From NCBI GenBank assembly GCA_964016885.1, contig OZ024742.1, positions 123,008,001 through 123,072,000 on the forward strand: 64,000 nt of DNA, written 5' to 3'. Shown piece after piece: positions 48,618 to 64,000 of this stretch (position 1 is the first letter of the stretch; each line of letters opens with the position of its first letter). Source of the DNA: Eledone cirrhosa (lineage: Eukaryota). The position numbers and the translations under genes were made by a program. A model generated the notes under the pieces. It was not told where the DNA came from, did no database searches, and was given only the letters and a program-made list of their open reading frames with translations.

Positions 48618-49732
48618 GTATATATATACATATGTATATATATATATATGTATATGTATATGTATATATATACATATATATACATATATATACATATATA
48701 TATATACATATGTATAATTAAATATATATATACTCTCATTGATTGTATACTTTAAATGTGAGCATTCAGAAATATAAAAACGAAAACAAAAGGGCAAATA
48801 AAAGTTAGGTGTTTTTTGGTTTCGTGTCTCTGTAAAACGGAAATAGAATGTGTAAATATTATATGACCAATCAACATTGTAGAGAGTAGATTTCATAGCT
48901 TACTGCAGGGAACACGGTCAAAAATCCATATAAACATGGCAATCTAATTACTAAAGGAACTGACATAAATAAACGAAAAATGCTTTATTTAAATAGCAAA
49001 CTTATACCTATTCGACTCAGAGATTCGGACAACTGAAAATAAGATAATGAATACTGTTTCTTATATATTGGAGATATATATTTTTCCAATACCAGGAGTA
49101 TGTATATTTCCGTATTTGATATATACATATCTCCCTCTCCCCCTCTCTCTCTCCTTCTCTCCCTCTCTCTCTCCTTCTCTCGCTCTCTCTCTGTATATAT
49201 ATATGTATATATAAAACATATACTTGTGCGTGTGTATGTATATCTATAAATATTAGACAATAGTTGAAGATATATTTGCTTATACGTAGAAATGTACCTT
49301 AAGGCAAACCTATACACATATACACACGCACTCATATATATTTATAAATATATATACATGATATGTGTATATGTGAATGTATGTATGTTTGTGCGGGTGC
49401 GTGTACACAAACAGAACGTGCACTTATTGGCTAATTTGTAACAACTTTCCACCAATGTCAAATCACAGCCGAGTGATTTACATCTCGTTCAATTAAGCAC
49501 ACATATTGGATTTCAGGACTGTTCCTGTTTAATTATAGCGAAGAGTAAAAATACCAATGCATCAAAAGTTATCTTGACTATGACAATTTCGGACTGATAT
49601 CGAAATATCGAGGAAAAACCTATCTTCAAACAAGAAAAATATACGCATAGACTTAAACACTCAACCACTAAAATAGCCTACACAGACCCTAGGGTTAACG
49701 TGATCACACAGGTACACATGCAAACACACTCG

Positions 49733-49816
<84 letters not shown>

Positions 49817-49824
49817 TACATACA

Positions 49825-49860
<36 letters not shown>

Positions 49861-49861
<1 letters not shown>

Positions 49862-50593
49862 CGGCGATGAATTAGTTTTGCGAGGTTTTTTATATAAAAT
49901 CGTGTGTCGAAACAAATATTGTTATACTTGGGGAGGGTCATATTTGTGTAATATTGCCAGAATTAATAACAGAACACACTCACTGTTTGGTTGGTTTTCG
50001 CTTTTCGCTTCTGTGTCTTTTATATCGGTAATCTAATTTATTCGGTCCTCAATGTTTCCATTGCCCGACCAACGGTCAAAAATAATACAGATATAATTTA
50101 GACACAAACACATATATATAGTTTATCATAAATCATTCGTTGCACATCTGCAACATCGTCAGTGGTGCTATTGTTTCATCCCGTTACATTGTATTTTCTA
50201 CGCCATCTTTATTTAGTCTGTTTATTTATTTATTTATTTATTTGTAAACAGACTAAATAAATAAAAATTATAATAAATAAATAAATAAATAAATAAAAAT
50301 AAAGATGGCGTAGAAAATACAATCTAACGGGAGGAAACAATAGCACCACTGACGATGTTGCAGATGTGCAACTAAAGATTTATGATAAACTATATATATG
50401 TGTATGTCTCTATATTGTATCTGTATTATTTTTGACCGTCGGTCAGTCAATGACAACATTGAGGACCGAATAAATTAGATTACCGATATAAAAGACACAG
50501 AAGCGAAAAGCGAAAACCAACCAAACAGTGAGTGTGTTCTGTTATTAATTCTGGCAATATTCCACAAATATGACTCTCCCCAATTATAACAAT
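49861..50593 (-). mobile_element. Second family-B Penelope-like insertion, fully folded back and without the endonuclease remnant
   Basis: The left arm carries the tail; the right arm ends at ...ataacaa|(TA)n, the same boundary as 47408. Confidence 0.85.
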
Positions 50594-51420
50594 ATATATA
50601 TATAAATATATGTATATATATTTCCTGCTATATCAAGCGTTAACCTAATATATACCTTCCATATACTGTACCGATGGTGTTGTTATTTCTGTATAAAAAT
50701 ATAAAACGGAATAATTAATCAATTAATTAATTAATATCTCAGTCAATCAATTAAATAAAAATAAATTTAAAAAATAAAAATAAATAAAAATAAATGAAAA
50801 TGCAAAATGAAAGGAAATAAATTGTGAAAAGTGCCGAAATGGAAATAAAGATACACGATGGAGGTGATACGATTTGGCGAATTATAATGATTTCAGTTTC
50901 ATTCCCAGTGCCGTAGTAGACGGTATACAAAACTAGTGGATTCTTCTATGGTTACTTTGGTTCATCAGTTGCCGGTAAACCACATATAAATTTGCCGATC
51001 TTCTATCGGTCCGATGAGTTGAGAGGGGGAATTTGCAAGTGTGTCTCGTTCCATATTTCCAAGCGAAATAAAGTGTATCGTGGGAAAATAAACGGTTTTA
51101 CATGGTCTTAGTCTTCCAGTCAAGAGTTTGTCCTTTAGGGTACACACACACACACACACACACATACACACACACGCCCACGCTTATACACACACACACA
51201 TACATGCACACACGCATATATATATATCCCTTAAGCGGGATCTTCTGAGGTAAGTATAAATTGCTTGCTCAGAAATTTAAACTGTGCTAATAATAATTAT
51301 ATCCTATACAAGTATATATATACTTATATACACAACCCATACAATGTATTGCGTGTATATTGGTGTTCGTTTTTATTATTACTTCCTGTCTTCCTCCGGT
51401 TGCAACGTTTTCGAAATATT

Positions 51421-51521
51421 TGCTTCTGCATTCACAGATTGACTTTGTTAGTTTCAGAAGATCCCGTTAAGGGTCAAAGCAGCGATTCTTTGCTTAAACT
51501 TTAATCTGTTATTTTAATAAA
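51421..51521 (+). mobile_element. Third copy of the CAGANGA-hammerhead family (GAAA changed to cAAA)
   Basis: Near-identical to 11415-11515. Confidence 0.75.
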
Positions 51522-51612
51522 TATATATATATATTCTTATTATTTCAAATATATATATATATTCTTATTATTTCAAAATATTAATAAATATAGACATTCA
51601 TGTGATCAAATA

Positions 51613-51668
51613 TATTTTATTATATATATTTCATATGTTTCATCAGTACGGCCTCATCAGATAAAATA
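51613..51668 (-). ncRNA. Hammerhead motif with decayed stem II, related to the 10.5-kb family
   Basis: tattttat-CTGATGA-ggcc...atat-GAAA-tatata-TA-ataaaata. Confidence 0.6.
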
Positions 51669-51681
51669 AATTGATGCGTGT

Positions 51682-51752
<71 letters not shown>

Positions 51753-52488
51753 TATATATGGATATGGTCATTTGAATATAAATAGCTAAGTAGTTTAAGA
51801 AAATACATCATAATGAAAGTTTGCAATAAAGGGTTAAAAACGAAGTAAAGAGACAACTGTTACATTTAATTGTTTTACATTACACCATGTTAATATTTCA
51901 GAACTAGAATGTCGTTTTCAACAGAAATATAAAATAGCGTGTTATGGTGGTGGTGAGCTGGTTTCTCTTGCTAAGATTGTGTGATTGAAGTGTCGTAATA
52001 TGCGTAGACTAATTTTAATAAATAGACAATTAAATTCTTACTTTCTTCAAAATATCAGTTGACATATGTTGCAACCCCTTTGTACCTAATTGCCCTTGTA
52101 AAAGAAACCAGCTCAACACCAACAACCACACTTCATTTTCTTTTACTCTTGAAAAGGGTATTTTAACTTCGGAATATAACGGAAATATATGGTAAAATTG
52201 TAAAATATAGTTCCGTTTTGTTTTACTTCACATCCGTTTTAAATCCTTTGTACCTAAGTTGTATTGTACTATGTTTTCTAGAATACACATACACACACAT
52301 ACACATTTACACACACACACACTTACACATTCATACATGCATACATCCATATATACATACATATATACAAACGTAGATACATGCAGGTATTATAATTTCT
52401 TTGTTTAATATGCAAGAGACACTTCCTGAATAATGATTAAAACTATTCACGAAAATGTGGTTACGAATTCTTCAAGATTCAATACATT

Positions 52489-52523
<35 letters not shown>

Positions 52524-52663
52524 CACCCATCATACATACACAACCATTCTTGCACCTGTGCGCATGCGTTTATATATGTGTGCATAAATGTATGTATAAA
52601 AGGATGGATATGCTCGCGTATATATGTAGGCAAGTATGTAAATATGTTGTATCTATGTATATA

Positions 52664-52729
<66 letters not shown>

Positions 52730-52750
52730 TGTGTGTGTGTGTGTGTATGT

Positions 52751-52787
<37 letters not shown>

Positions 52788-55700
52788 TGTGTGTCCATCT
52801 ATCAATCTATCTATCTATCTATCTATCTATCTATGTATCTATTTCTATATGAATGGATACTTTAGCAAATGGATAATGAATATGTTGGATCAATTAGAAT
52901 TTCGGTAAATCGATTTTTTCCTTTTGAATCAGAAGATATTTTGATTAAAGATGAGGATAAAAATATTGGGTGTTAAAATTTATATTATCACAAGATTTGT
53001 TGTTTGTGGTAAAATATTAATTTTTTTATTTCATTTGATGAGTAAATGAATTTACACTTAATATGAAATTAGTGGTGTAAATATTATTTGAAAACACAGG
53101 ATTGCATTAGCCCTTTGTATATTGATACCCTAAGGGCTTACCTTGATTTTATCACATTAAGTATCATGTGGTGTAAATAATAGAGATTTACATCTTTAAT
53201 CTAATAATTGTGTTCTTGTGAAATTTAACACTATGTACGTTATAAAAAGAAACAAAATATATTTGGATTCGTTGTCATGTTACTTATTCCGGAAAGAAGA
53301 AGTGTGATTTAAATGTAAGTTGAATTTTGTTTTGTTACTGATATGATATTTTATGATATTGACACCAACATACTTTTAATAGCATTCACCAACCTGTGTA
53401 CTTCAGGATATTGTGTGTGTGATTACGTGAGGTTTTTGTTTTTGAGAAATCAACCTTTGACATTCCTGAATTTTATAAAATTTGATTAGACAGGATTTGA
53501 AATGCACCAGTGATTTCTAGTTAACAGGATTGACGTCCACTTAAAGAAAGTTCGAATAGAAATAACACACTTTGATGCCAATAATGTGACGCAATAGTTA
53601 GTGAATGATACACGACATTTTGGTTTTGCTGTTGTTTTCTCTCCATTTTCCATTTTATCAATCACAATTTGAAAAAAATTTGGTTGTCATTTCTAGTAGT
53701 TTAGGAGACCGCCCAGAGACTCCCATCAAAGTTCCTCAGGCTTCAATGTCAAGATGATATTAAAATTGATTTCTCATATTGATACAAAAGAAGTGAATTT
53801 GAGAACGTTGAGTTTTAGATAAAATGTCTTTCAGGATTATTTCCGATTTTCTGCGATTTCAAACCCTGGTGAAGTTAACATTATCTTAATTTTTAAGGGT
53901 TTACAAAACAAGTACTGAGGTGAATTTGCCTCCGTCTCTTGCTCTTTTCCTGTGGATAATCCTGGCTTTATTCAGGCCAGGAGAAAGCCGGACAATCTTA
54001 GGTTAAATATGATATAACCGAATATGTAACAACAATTGTTTGCATGATGGGAGAGCTCAAACAAAGATGATTTAGTAGAAAACGTTTTTGGTTTGTTCTT
54101 TAGTGAGTACATGGCAGTCATTTATACCATAGTTAGTTTATTACTAACACTCTTTTCATCGAGTCAGAAAGGCTTAAAGGGACGTAATTATACATTACAA
54201 AACATCTTGCCTGGCCCACTACCGATTCTATTAATCCACCGACAATTATAAATAAAGGGGCCTCATCTTTCGAGGAAAAGGGAACATTGAATTACATCCA
54301 CTGGAAGAGATTAAATATCCGCGTAATCGGAATTTAGAACTAAAGGAAGGTAACTATATGCAGAAATATTTTACTCGTCAGTTCTGTATATATGCAATAT
54401 ACCAGTATGAAAGATTGCTACATATTTGAGACGAATAGATAGTTGTTATTTTCTTCTGACGGATACTTCGTTAATCGGCTTCGGAAGGATTTCAAGCTAA
54501 AGCTTAAAGATTCACTAATGTGGCTAAATTGACATACCATTATCTCAAAGATTGGCATATTTTACAATTGATATGCACACCAAAATGGATGTTTGCAAAA
54601 ATACTTTTGCATAATTCGTGGGGAATAACTTCAGAACATAATTTAATACTGTGACTATGTACAGCGTACCAACACTCCTACAACAATGATAAAAGCAACT
54701 TAACAATGAAAGACGCTGTCGGTGATGATGATATCTTCAACACAATGCAAATAAATTATGGAGGGAATACTTTTTTCATGTAATTTGCCTTAGTGCTTAA
54801 CTTATACTTATTTTTGACGACCTCAGAAGCACGAAAGTGAAAGTTGGTAAATTAGTCTCTTCATTTAATGATATGATTGTGCAGAATAATTAACTATCTA
54901 GCTGTAATGTAACTTAAGTCTTTGTCTAAATTAAATAATTACCTTTCTTCATTCCAGTAATATGATTCCCACATGGTTTATCTTCCTTATTTTATGGGAT
55001 GATTACCAGAGAAATATTCACCATAACTATGTACCACTCTTATCAGTTTTAATCTGTCATTAACTACCGAAGATTTATGTCTTCTTGTTACCATTATACT
55101 GATCAACTATAGGTTTCGTCTGACACTAACATTCACTGGAGTTGTTCCTCATTAACTATTTCACGGCTGTGTCATTACATGCTTAATCGCTACTTATACA
55201 GTGTTCTGTTTCATGCAGTAGTGCATCATCTCTAACATATTCATGGCTTGGTTGACCAACAAAATTCCGTCTTAGCCATAAACATTCAATCTTCAAATCT
55301 TCCTGCAATACAATTCCTAACCTGTATATTAACATAGGCATATTATCATTGAAATTAAGGGAATTGCAATCGAAAATATTCCGTTATATCTGATTGCTTA
55401 TTGGGCTTTAATAATGCGTTCAAACAAAAAGTCAATGCATTAGAATTCATGCGACTTCAGGTAAATCACTACTCAGAGCATCAGGAATGGCTGTCTAGCA
55501 ATTTCACGTCTCAAATTTGTGGAGTCGGGATAGAACGTAATTAACGGCATCCTATTCAACCCTTCTCCCACCGTATTCTCGAGTCCACGGTGAAGTTTAC
55601 TCAAAATCTGGTAACTAGAAATTGTGTTGAAACCGATTGGTTTAATGTTGGAACTAATCTGTAGTCTTTAAGTCCCACTCGCGGCCGTTAAATGGAGTGT

Positions 55701-58700
55701 GTGATGTCAACACTGCTTCGAACATTCGAAGCAGATTATTTTAAATGTGCTCAGAATTTATTCACTTCGTCGAATCATAGCTGTCAGTTATGTATAGATT
55801 ACAGTCATTTTAATTCCCTGCATAAAGTTGAAATTTCTAAAGTCTGTGTCGAGCCAGGAGGCTCATCATTTCAGTGCTTATGGTGGTTTTCCTGGCTTTA
55901 ATCAACCGAGAGTACAAGACTCTCTCATGGACAGTATACCCATCTATCACAGCATTAAACCCCCAGTTATTACTGTTACTCATTTTCAGCTGGTTATGTT
56001 GGAGCAACATGAAATAAAGTATTGTAAGCATTAACAGAACACGTAACCCAATCTAGTGATCTTATTTATGACATTATCATCGTAAGTTCAACATCCTTTC
56101 CACTTCCAAGTGCCTTCAAATATGATTTAGCTGTAGCTAAAATATCCTATTTGAGAAAATATGACATTATTCCATCCTAAAAGATTCAAAGCGTTAGAAG
56201 TCATATCTATATAGATGTTTCGATAGTTGTTAGAATCGATTTTGCATTTGTAAATGATCTAGAATTTGGAGGGCATGCGTAACTGTTAGCACTGTTATAT
56301 GGATTGGCATGTTTGTGAATGTATGGAATATCAAATTTATTGAGGTTGTATGGCTTACAGAAGGTTACGTTTTATCACAGTTAAGAATAACTGGAATACG
56401 TTAATAGTATTTATATTTAAAATCTGTCAGTATTTAATAAGTGAAATATATTTTGGGCAACAACATACCTAGTATGATATTAAATGAAGGTGTAAACCAT
56501 ATACCATTCCTTTTTCAGTTATCTTTGTTTATCTGTATTATCGATACTATGAATAATATACGAGATTTGTTTCTTTGAAGGTGTAACTAACAAAACCTTA
56601 ACATTTGATATTATCAACTCGGTTCACTTTTTATTTACTCACTCTTTACCTACGTGGGCGAATGATAAAGCGTATCTCAATTTCAAATAGTTTCATTTGC
56701 ATATGTTTCATTTGTATTTTCTGTAGAAAAAAAGAAACAAATAAACAGGAATTATCTTTCATATGCTTTCCTTGCCACACAACTCTAGAAAAATAGTTTA
56801 TATAAAATACTAATTTAACGTTGTTGAGTGCCTGTGCATTAAATCGTTCGATGTACTTGTCCGATACTCCTGGGTGTTACGTCAGTTAATTTACACCACA
56901 ACCCCAGGGAAATACAATTTCATTGTTCTGTCTACTCACACCCCAAAGAGGGCATAACTAATATAAATGATCTTAACCAATTGATTTATACTATATTGTT
57001 ATATAGAATATTTAATGTTGTGCTACTTAGTCTGTAGCAAGCAATTTATAGTTAAAGCTTTACACAAGCCAAATCAACGGCACGTAACAACGAGATCGAT
57101 GTTGCATGTCAATTTAGGCGTAGTCAAATACAAATTGTAAAATATTCATACCGTTGAAGCATTATCGTATATTAATGGGAAGAAATTGTTAAAAGACGAA
57201 CTAAAACATCTTCATTGTGGCTATAAAGATTGCTCATATGGAGTGGTTAGTCAGGTTTATCGCTGATGTTGTTTTTACACACTATCTCTGATGTCTGGAG
57301 AGAATTGTGCTCTATCAGACTGAAAATACCCTAGCTAAGCCGTATGTCACTACTGCGTCGCTTAGACTCCACCTTGAGTTACGTGACCATGCATGCATCT
57401 CTTATCATGATGACTACGAACAAAGGGCTTCAGGCTATTGCAGTACACTTTACAAATGAGTTTACTCTTCAAAGAGAGTAACGTGCGATTTCAGAATGAT
57501 TTAATGGCTATTCCCGGTAAATCCTTTTGTTAAAATATTCTGATCGACACCCACGTAGGTTAAGATTCAATATTATTATATATTGTCATTATCGTTGTAA
57601 TGATTTATAAATCCATCAAATATTTTGGGTAAGGGGACAATTGATTAAATCAATTTCAGTATTGCTACTTTATTTATCGATGCCGCAACGAGGGAGGTCT
57701 AGTGTTAAGTGTGTTCAACTTACAATTATAATGTCGTGGGTTCGATTCCTGGAGTGGCATGTGTGTAGTGTTCTTGAACAAGACACTACACGGTGCTCTA
57801 TTATATTCCGCTGAAAATGAGTGCCAGCGATAGAGGGAGTTTAACTATGCTGCGAATTGGTGACCTCTTCAGAAGGAGTTGTGTAGTCTCAGTCGCTTAA
57901 TCTCCTGGAAGCCGAATTAAACATCGGTCTGATGAAACCCCGAGCTTGAGGCAGACTTTAGTGATGTGTTTAGACAACAAGGCATTCGATCTCGATGGAA
58001 TTTGAACAAAGAATATAAAATGCTAAAATGCACCACTCTTATATATATTGCCAATCTCAGAGGTTCTGGAAACTGCCATGGGCATTGTTCTTTTATCCCT
58101 GACAAAAGTGTAAGAAAACAAATCAGACCCGAGATAAAATAATATGAATTCCGATCTCAATAACTGTTTATTTAGCTACAGATTAATCCTAACTAACAAT
58201 CACATAATTCTCATAGCATACAAAAATCTGGAGAATCTGTTGCAAATGAGAGGTGTATTAAATTATCGAATAATAATCTCTCTCCAACAACCAAACTTAA
58301 ATTGTAATTTGATCGTTATTTTATCAGTGAATAATAATTGATTTGTGTTTTTATCAATATAAAATATAATTTCATGGTCATCTATCATTGAATCATGATT
58401 ATAAGGTCAAGTTTATCTGTAATCTGTAAATAATGGAGCATTCTATTTTAATATCTATTATTTATGTTAATTTTGTCTTTTTTTAATTGAGAAGTTTATA
58501 ATCTCATGGAAAGCTTTTCAATTGAACCGCAAATATTAAAACAAAACAGTTGCTTTAAAAATTGATATCTTACTGATATTATCAATGATATTGAGATATA
58601 AATGATAATATTGAGATAATAAGAAATAATTAGATATCCAATATAAACTGTTAATTGACAAGCTGATTGTTTAAATGATTTTTAGTTTTTACTATTTTCA

Positions 58701-58709
58701 TTTTCAGTT

Positions 58710-58865
58710 GTTTAATAGTTCAAACATTTCTCAACGCCGAGATTAGTTTTCCCTTCCATTCTTACGAGGTTGATAACATAAAGTACCAGTAATGATCTGT
58801 TGTCAATTAAAACGACAACCCCCCTCCCCATCCAAAGTTATTGGCCTTCTGCTTAAACGAGAACC
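58710..58865 (+). mobile_element. Decayed tRNA-derived SINE
   Basis: gttcaaa...gccgag...ttccattcttacgaggttgataa...aagtaccagtaa...tggccttctgc. Confidence 0.55.
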
Positions 58866-59056
58866 CCTTGCTAATATTATTATTATTGAATTTTCTTTTC
58901 TGAACTGGTTGCCATATACTTTTATTTCCCCGTTATGGACATTTTATCATTGAAAGCTTTACAAACAAGTGCTGGCTGTTAATTAGACAGGGGCTGGTTG
59001 GCTCGCCCCTTGGGTGGGAATTTCAAAAAATGCTTTATTGCAATATATATATACAT

Positions 59057-59092
<36 letters not shown>

Positions 59093-59841
59093 GAAAATCA
59101 ACAAAGACATCGAACAATAACAAGGCAAAACGAAAAACAATGGGGAAATCTTATGAAATTATTTTTTGAAAATAAAAATACAAACGAGTACACATAGAAT
59201 TTCAAATGGCGACAAGGGAAAGGTATTATGTCTCTTATAGCGCGAAAGTCTCATGAGTGAAACAAAGGAAAAAAGAAAAAAAGATGAAGAAGAAGGGAAA
59301 AAAGCAAGGAGGAGAGAGAGAATTAGCGAGCTACATGAGTAACATATTATAAACAAGGCCTAGTGTAAGAGACAGTAAAACAGAGAATTAAGAATGAGAA
59401 AACTAAATACTGATGGGAAAAGGAGAGTAAGAGAAATATAGAGGTGGGAGAGATATGTGGAGTGACAGTGAAATTATATAAGAAATATTGTTAGGCTGAG
59501 TTTTCTATTCAGAATTAAATTGTGCTTGTTAATGCACAACTGGTTCCTTTTAGTAGTGGAATCTCAAAATGATCAGATGTGTGACAGTTATTAGTTGCTC
59601 TGACATGTTTTCTACGTGATTTGTGCAATCGCTTAGCCATTTTCCAATTTTATCATTAATGGCGTCGAAGAAACTTTACCGACGGCTATCATAATATCTT
59701 CTTCTGTTTCTGACGACTTTTAATATAGAAATAAATATATATTCAGAACGTATTACTTTCGAACAAAAAATAAGTACTTCATTTTAATCATGTTATATTA
59801 TAAATATATTCGGTTGTTATGTATATGTATCAGATATAAAT

Positions 59842-59936
<95 letters not shown>

Positions 59937-60063
59937 GTATGTGTGTGTGTGTGTGCGCGTGTGTGTAAGTATGTATATATATATATATATATGTGTATAT
60001 TTTTGTGTACGTGTGTGTGAGTGGGCATATCTCTATTTCTCTTCCACACTCTATCTCTCTTTG

Positions 60064-60120
<57 letters not shown>

Positions 60121-60740
60121 GTATGTGTGTGTGTGTGTCTGTGTGTGTGTGTGTGTGTTTCTGTGTGTATATGTTTGTGTGTGTGTGCGTCTGTGAGTGC
60201 ACATGCATATATATATATATATATATATATACAAATACATATATATGTATGTAAAAGGTAAACACAAATAACAACACAATCGGTAGAGTGTGCACATGCA
60301 CACATCTGCATATATGCTTGGGAATGAAGCATTATGCATGTTCCTATTTGCTAACAAAGAAACAGGATATTTCTCAATTCAATGTGTATGAATTAGCATT
60401 TATTGAAATGGAATTCTTCATCTTGTGACTTCAATTTCGCGTCTCTGGCATCTCGTGTAGTCTGTATACTTTGAAACTGGATTTAAAAGTACTGCTCATT
60501 GTTCTGGTGTAAATTTTTATGCGCTGGTCTCTTGCGATAACGTTGATTGGAAGACTATTTTATAAAATTTGCAGCAGTTGTATCTTTTCTTGAGAAACTA
60601 TAGTCACAAGATAAAATATTTGATTTAAGTAAATGCCATCCAGTATTTCTCTGTATTGTGTTGCCAAACTTTACTCTACTCTCTCTCTCTCTCTCGCTCT
60701 CTCTCTCTCTCTCGCCCTTTCTCTCTCTCTCTATATATAT

Positions 60741-60859
60741 ATAACGAAAGAATTGTGGTAAGGAACCAGGTGGATCATAACGCACCAGAGTACTCGATAC
60801 ATTGTATAATAGAGTGGGTAATAGGAAAAGAGTCAGGAGCCCGGAGTCCTGACTCTTTT

Positions 60860-60864
<5 letters not shown>
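60741..60864 (-). mobile_element. Tail plus 44-bp mini fold-back, related to the 30.6/32.4-kb family
   Basis: aattgtggtaaggaaccag...caccagagtactcgatac then ataggaaaagagtcagga-gcccggag-tcctgactcttttcctat, in (TA)n. Confidence 0.75.
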
Positions 60865-60938
<74 letters not shown>

Positions 60939-60996
60939 ATATATATATATTATTGAGCCCTCTTTGGATTTTAGTCTTCACATTTATTATTACCAC

Positions 60997-61059
<63 letters not shown>

Positions 61060-61759
61060 GGTAAACAGAAATAACAACACAATCGGTACAGTATTAGGAA
61101 GGAATATATTAGGTTAAGGCTTGAAACAGCAGGAAGATGATCTTAACAATTCAGCCACTAATCCTTCATCAGAAGAAAACATGAGAAATTAGATAGATTG
61201 AAGGGACGGGCGGAGTGTGTAAATGGAAAACATGTCTTTAGATAAAAATAACAGGTCCTTTCCTGTTGCCATATATATATGTATCTATATTTACTATAGG
61301 TAGAGAGAGATATGTCAAATCCCGACCGCAGCGCCAAGCGGATTCTGCTCGTGTCTTCAGCAAGCCTTTTCAAAGTACGCCGCAACAGCATTCATGTTTT
61401 ATACAACAGTGCTATTTTGTTAACATGCAAATGATGGGAGATTTCTATTTTCTCTTTAACATTACACCAAAGACATAAAATCCCATAAAATTTAAAACTC
61501 CTTAAGAAATTTCTCCAAAGAATTGCGGATATGTCTCCGAAAACAATAACTCTCTACTTGAGTTCGCCATGGTGTCAAAGTCATAATTTGAAAGCCTACG
61601 CCATATGGGGCTATTATGTATGACATCAGTCAAAAACCTATCGAAGTTATCAAACTTACATATGATGGATTCTGCCGATGTTTTTGACACATGAGTGACA
61701 AAACATTTACTAGTTAATTCCACATTTTAGTGTGAAACAATAAACTACTTCTAACTTTC

Positions 61760-62330
61760 GTTAAGTATTTTTAGGTGATCAATCCTTGTGATGCCATGCC
61801 TCCTGATTACGCTTTGACATGTTTTCCTTTACTTATTACGGTCAGCAGCAATTTCCACAACTTGTGATGCTTGTATTTCAATATGTTTGATATAACCTTT
61901 CAGCTTATTTTTGTATCTATGAAGAGGTATTCCTACGCTACATACTAATGACTGAAGCTGGCCTTAAGTCAGATTTGTTGACTTAAAAACGCTTGCATGC
62001 TTTGTATATTATATCATGAAACAACTGTTCATTTGAGACTTTGTCCTTCCACGAGAAACCACAGATATTTCTAAGAGATCTCTCATGGAGAGTATCGCGA
62101 GGTGTAACGTATTCAAAATGATGTTCACAATTCTGACTCATACAGCAATGTTGAGACGACAACTGCACGTTAGACTGAGATTTGGTTTTCAAACACAATC
62201 GATTATCCCTCCATGCCTCTATTTGCAGCTTTCCAATGGCATCACTAGTCTTAGCGATCCTATTCACCATGTCCTCGTCATCAATATGAAGGACTTTACA
62301 AATTAAAAGAAAAAAATCATTCAATGCACT
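61760..62330 (-). mobile_element. Decayed RTE/BovB-like LINE 3' fragment
   Basis: DDEDMVNRIAKTSDAIGKL...WRDNRLCLKTK...HERSLRNICGFSWKDKVSNEQL. Confidence 0.75.
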
Positions 62331-62692
62331 GTATGGACGCCTACGCAGTGTTAACCCTCCTCTTTGAATTAGTATAGGTTAGTGGTAGTATATAGCTTCT
62401 CATATTTACACACTTATTGTTAAGTCAGACGTATTTGACACGGTGGAAACTGGCTTACCACTTCTTTCGCTTCCGAATCATATCATATGCAAATAGAGTC
62501 TACACAATGCAGATGACTATATTAATTGTTGATAACTATATGTAATAGCTGAATAAATCATGTAATGTACCTTTACAAACGGAAGAATGGGATAGTTATC
62601 TGCATTGCGACGACTATAATTTCAAATTTTAAATTTAACAATCCATCTGACATTAACCATTATTGTTTATATGTACATACACACACATATAG

Positions 62693-62750
<58 letters not shown>

Positions 62751-64000
62751 AAAGAACGATATCTTTCTATAAAATGTCCGTTCAATTTGAGATTTTTATG
62801 CAATACTCTCAGTCTTTTGTGAGAAAAATATCAGCGCATTAATTTTTACATATTGTAGTCTATAAATCTAAATGTACAGTTCTTAACAGAATGAAACTTA
62901 TCCTGAATAGCCTGAAGCAACAAAGTAAATATATTCGGATTTCGGAATAAATGAAGCAGTTTTCACGGCGTATTTCGTAATATATTTATAAACAACTCAT
63001 TTGCGAAGATTTGAGTATCTATAAAAGAGAATATGAAAATATTAATTTAATAATCTAATTAATTACAGAGACATTGAATTTAAACATTTCAGTTTTATAA
63101 TGTCATTCTACTTAATGGATGTTTAACCTGATAATTTTGAAAATAAAACACCATTAAAAAATATCTGTATCAATTTTATAGTTAGTCTCCGTAGTATTGC
63201 ACGATATAGCCAATTAATATGTGGTTATTTATTATTATGCAAGAAGTCTTTTTTGACATCAGCCGATGTAATTTGTCTTCACTTCTGTGGCATTAAGTTG
63301 CTTCTAAATTGTAATCGATAGCGAGAAAAATATTGGCAGGGAATCAAATCATAGACTAAACATAGAATTTTATCGCTTACTTTGGTAAATGTAAATTCTT
63401 GCTTAAAATATTGATAATATTTCACTGTCTAGAAATGTCTGTGTTCGCCTATATTTCACGAAGAGAAAGTGTGTAACTTAAGAATAGATAGCATTCACAT
63501 ATGTGTTGGGCGATTTTTAATTTTTTTTTTTTACTCAAGTATGTATATATATATGTATACACACACTGAATATAGCTTGCCTATATGGCTAGTAAACGTG
63601 ATTTGGAAACATGTATATTTGGGTTCAATATAACTTTACAGTAAATTTGAGTAGGTGACTTTTAAACAAGTCTCGACTCACTGAAATTGTGAGTTTCGCT
63701 TTCTCTCTTACGCTCTCCCATGTATGTGTGACTGCGCAAGTGTGTGTGAGAGAGTATATGTTTGTGTGTGTGTTTCATTACGTATGTTTGGGGGGGGGGG
63801 GCTGTGGTATTGTATTGGTCAAGGAAAGAACTGCGAAACCGGTAAAGGAACCAAATAAATATATATATATTTTTAAAAATAAAACTCCAGTTGCATTTCG
63901 ATTTCATCTTTTTTTCTTTATACTTTCACTCTCGTAGGACACCTCGGTTATTTTTCATTTTGTTAAAAAAACCTCACTTTCTAATATATGTATATATACT

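Noticed and set aside
59705-59750. ctgacga...gaaa
   Set aside because: No stem II and only a weak stem I.
61158-61723. Complex-looking 73-77 aa minus-strand ORFs as possible host exons
   Set aside because: No recognisable domain or convincing splice-site pair.

Overview
AT-rich, microsatellite-saturated animal intergenic or intronic DNA with one 200-N gap (12628-12827). It resembles octopus/cephalopod genomes, an inference from the tRNA-derived SINE and the repeat landscape. No host exon can be supported, and almost all listed ORFs are translations of (TA)n, (CA)n or (AAT)n. The real coding remnants are retroelements: an APE-RT LINE of RTE type (35.6-38.1 kb, plus a twin-primed copy at 44 kb), an RLE-type R4/Dong-like LINE (38.2-40.4 kb), smaller LINE fragments, and a GIY-YIG endonuclease C-terminus of a Penelope-like element (47.6 kb). 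The main hidden structure is at least 12 short asymmetric fold-back elements from several sequence families. Most sit in (TA)n and carry a type I hammerhead ribozyme (intact, minimal, core-variant or cut by the inversion). Several have a one-sided tail holding a covarying ACTC...GAGTRCT hairpin or a 27-codon ORF start under coding constraint, and one copy has a 14-bp target-site duplication. I interpret them as termini of TA-targeting Penelope-like retroelements. All folds were paired by eye; activity is untested.
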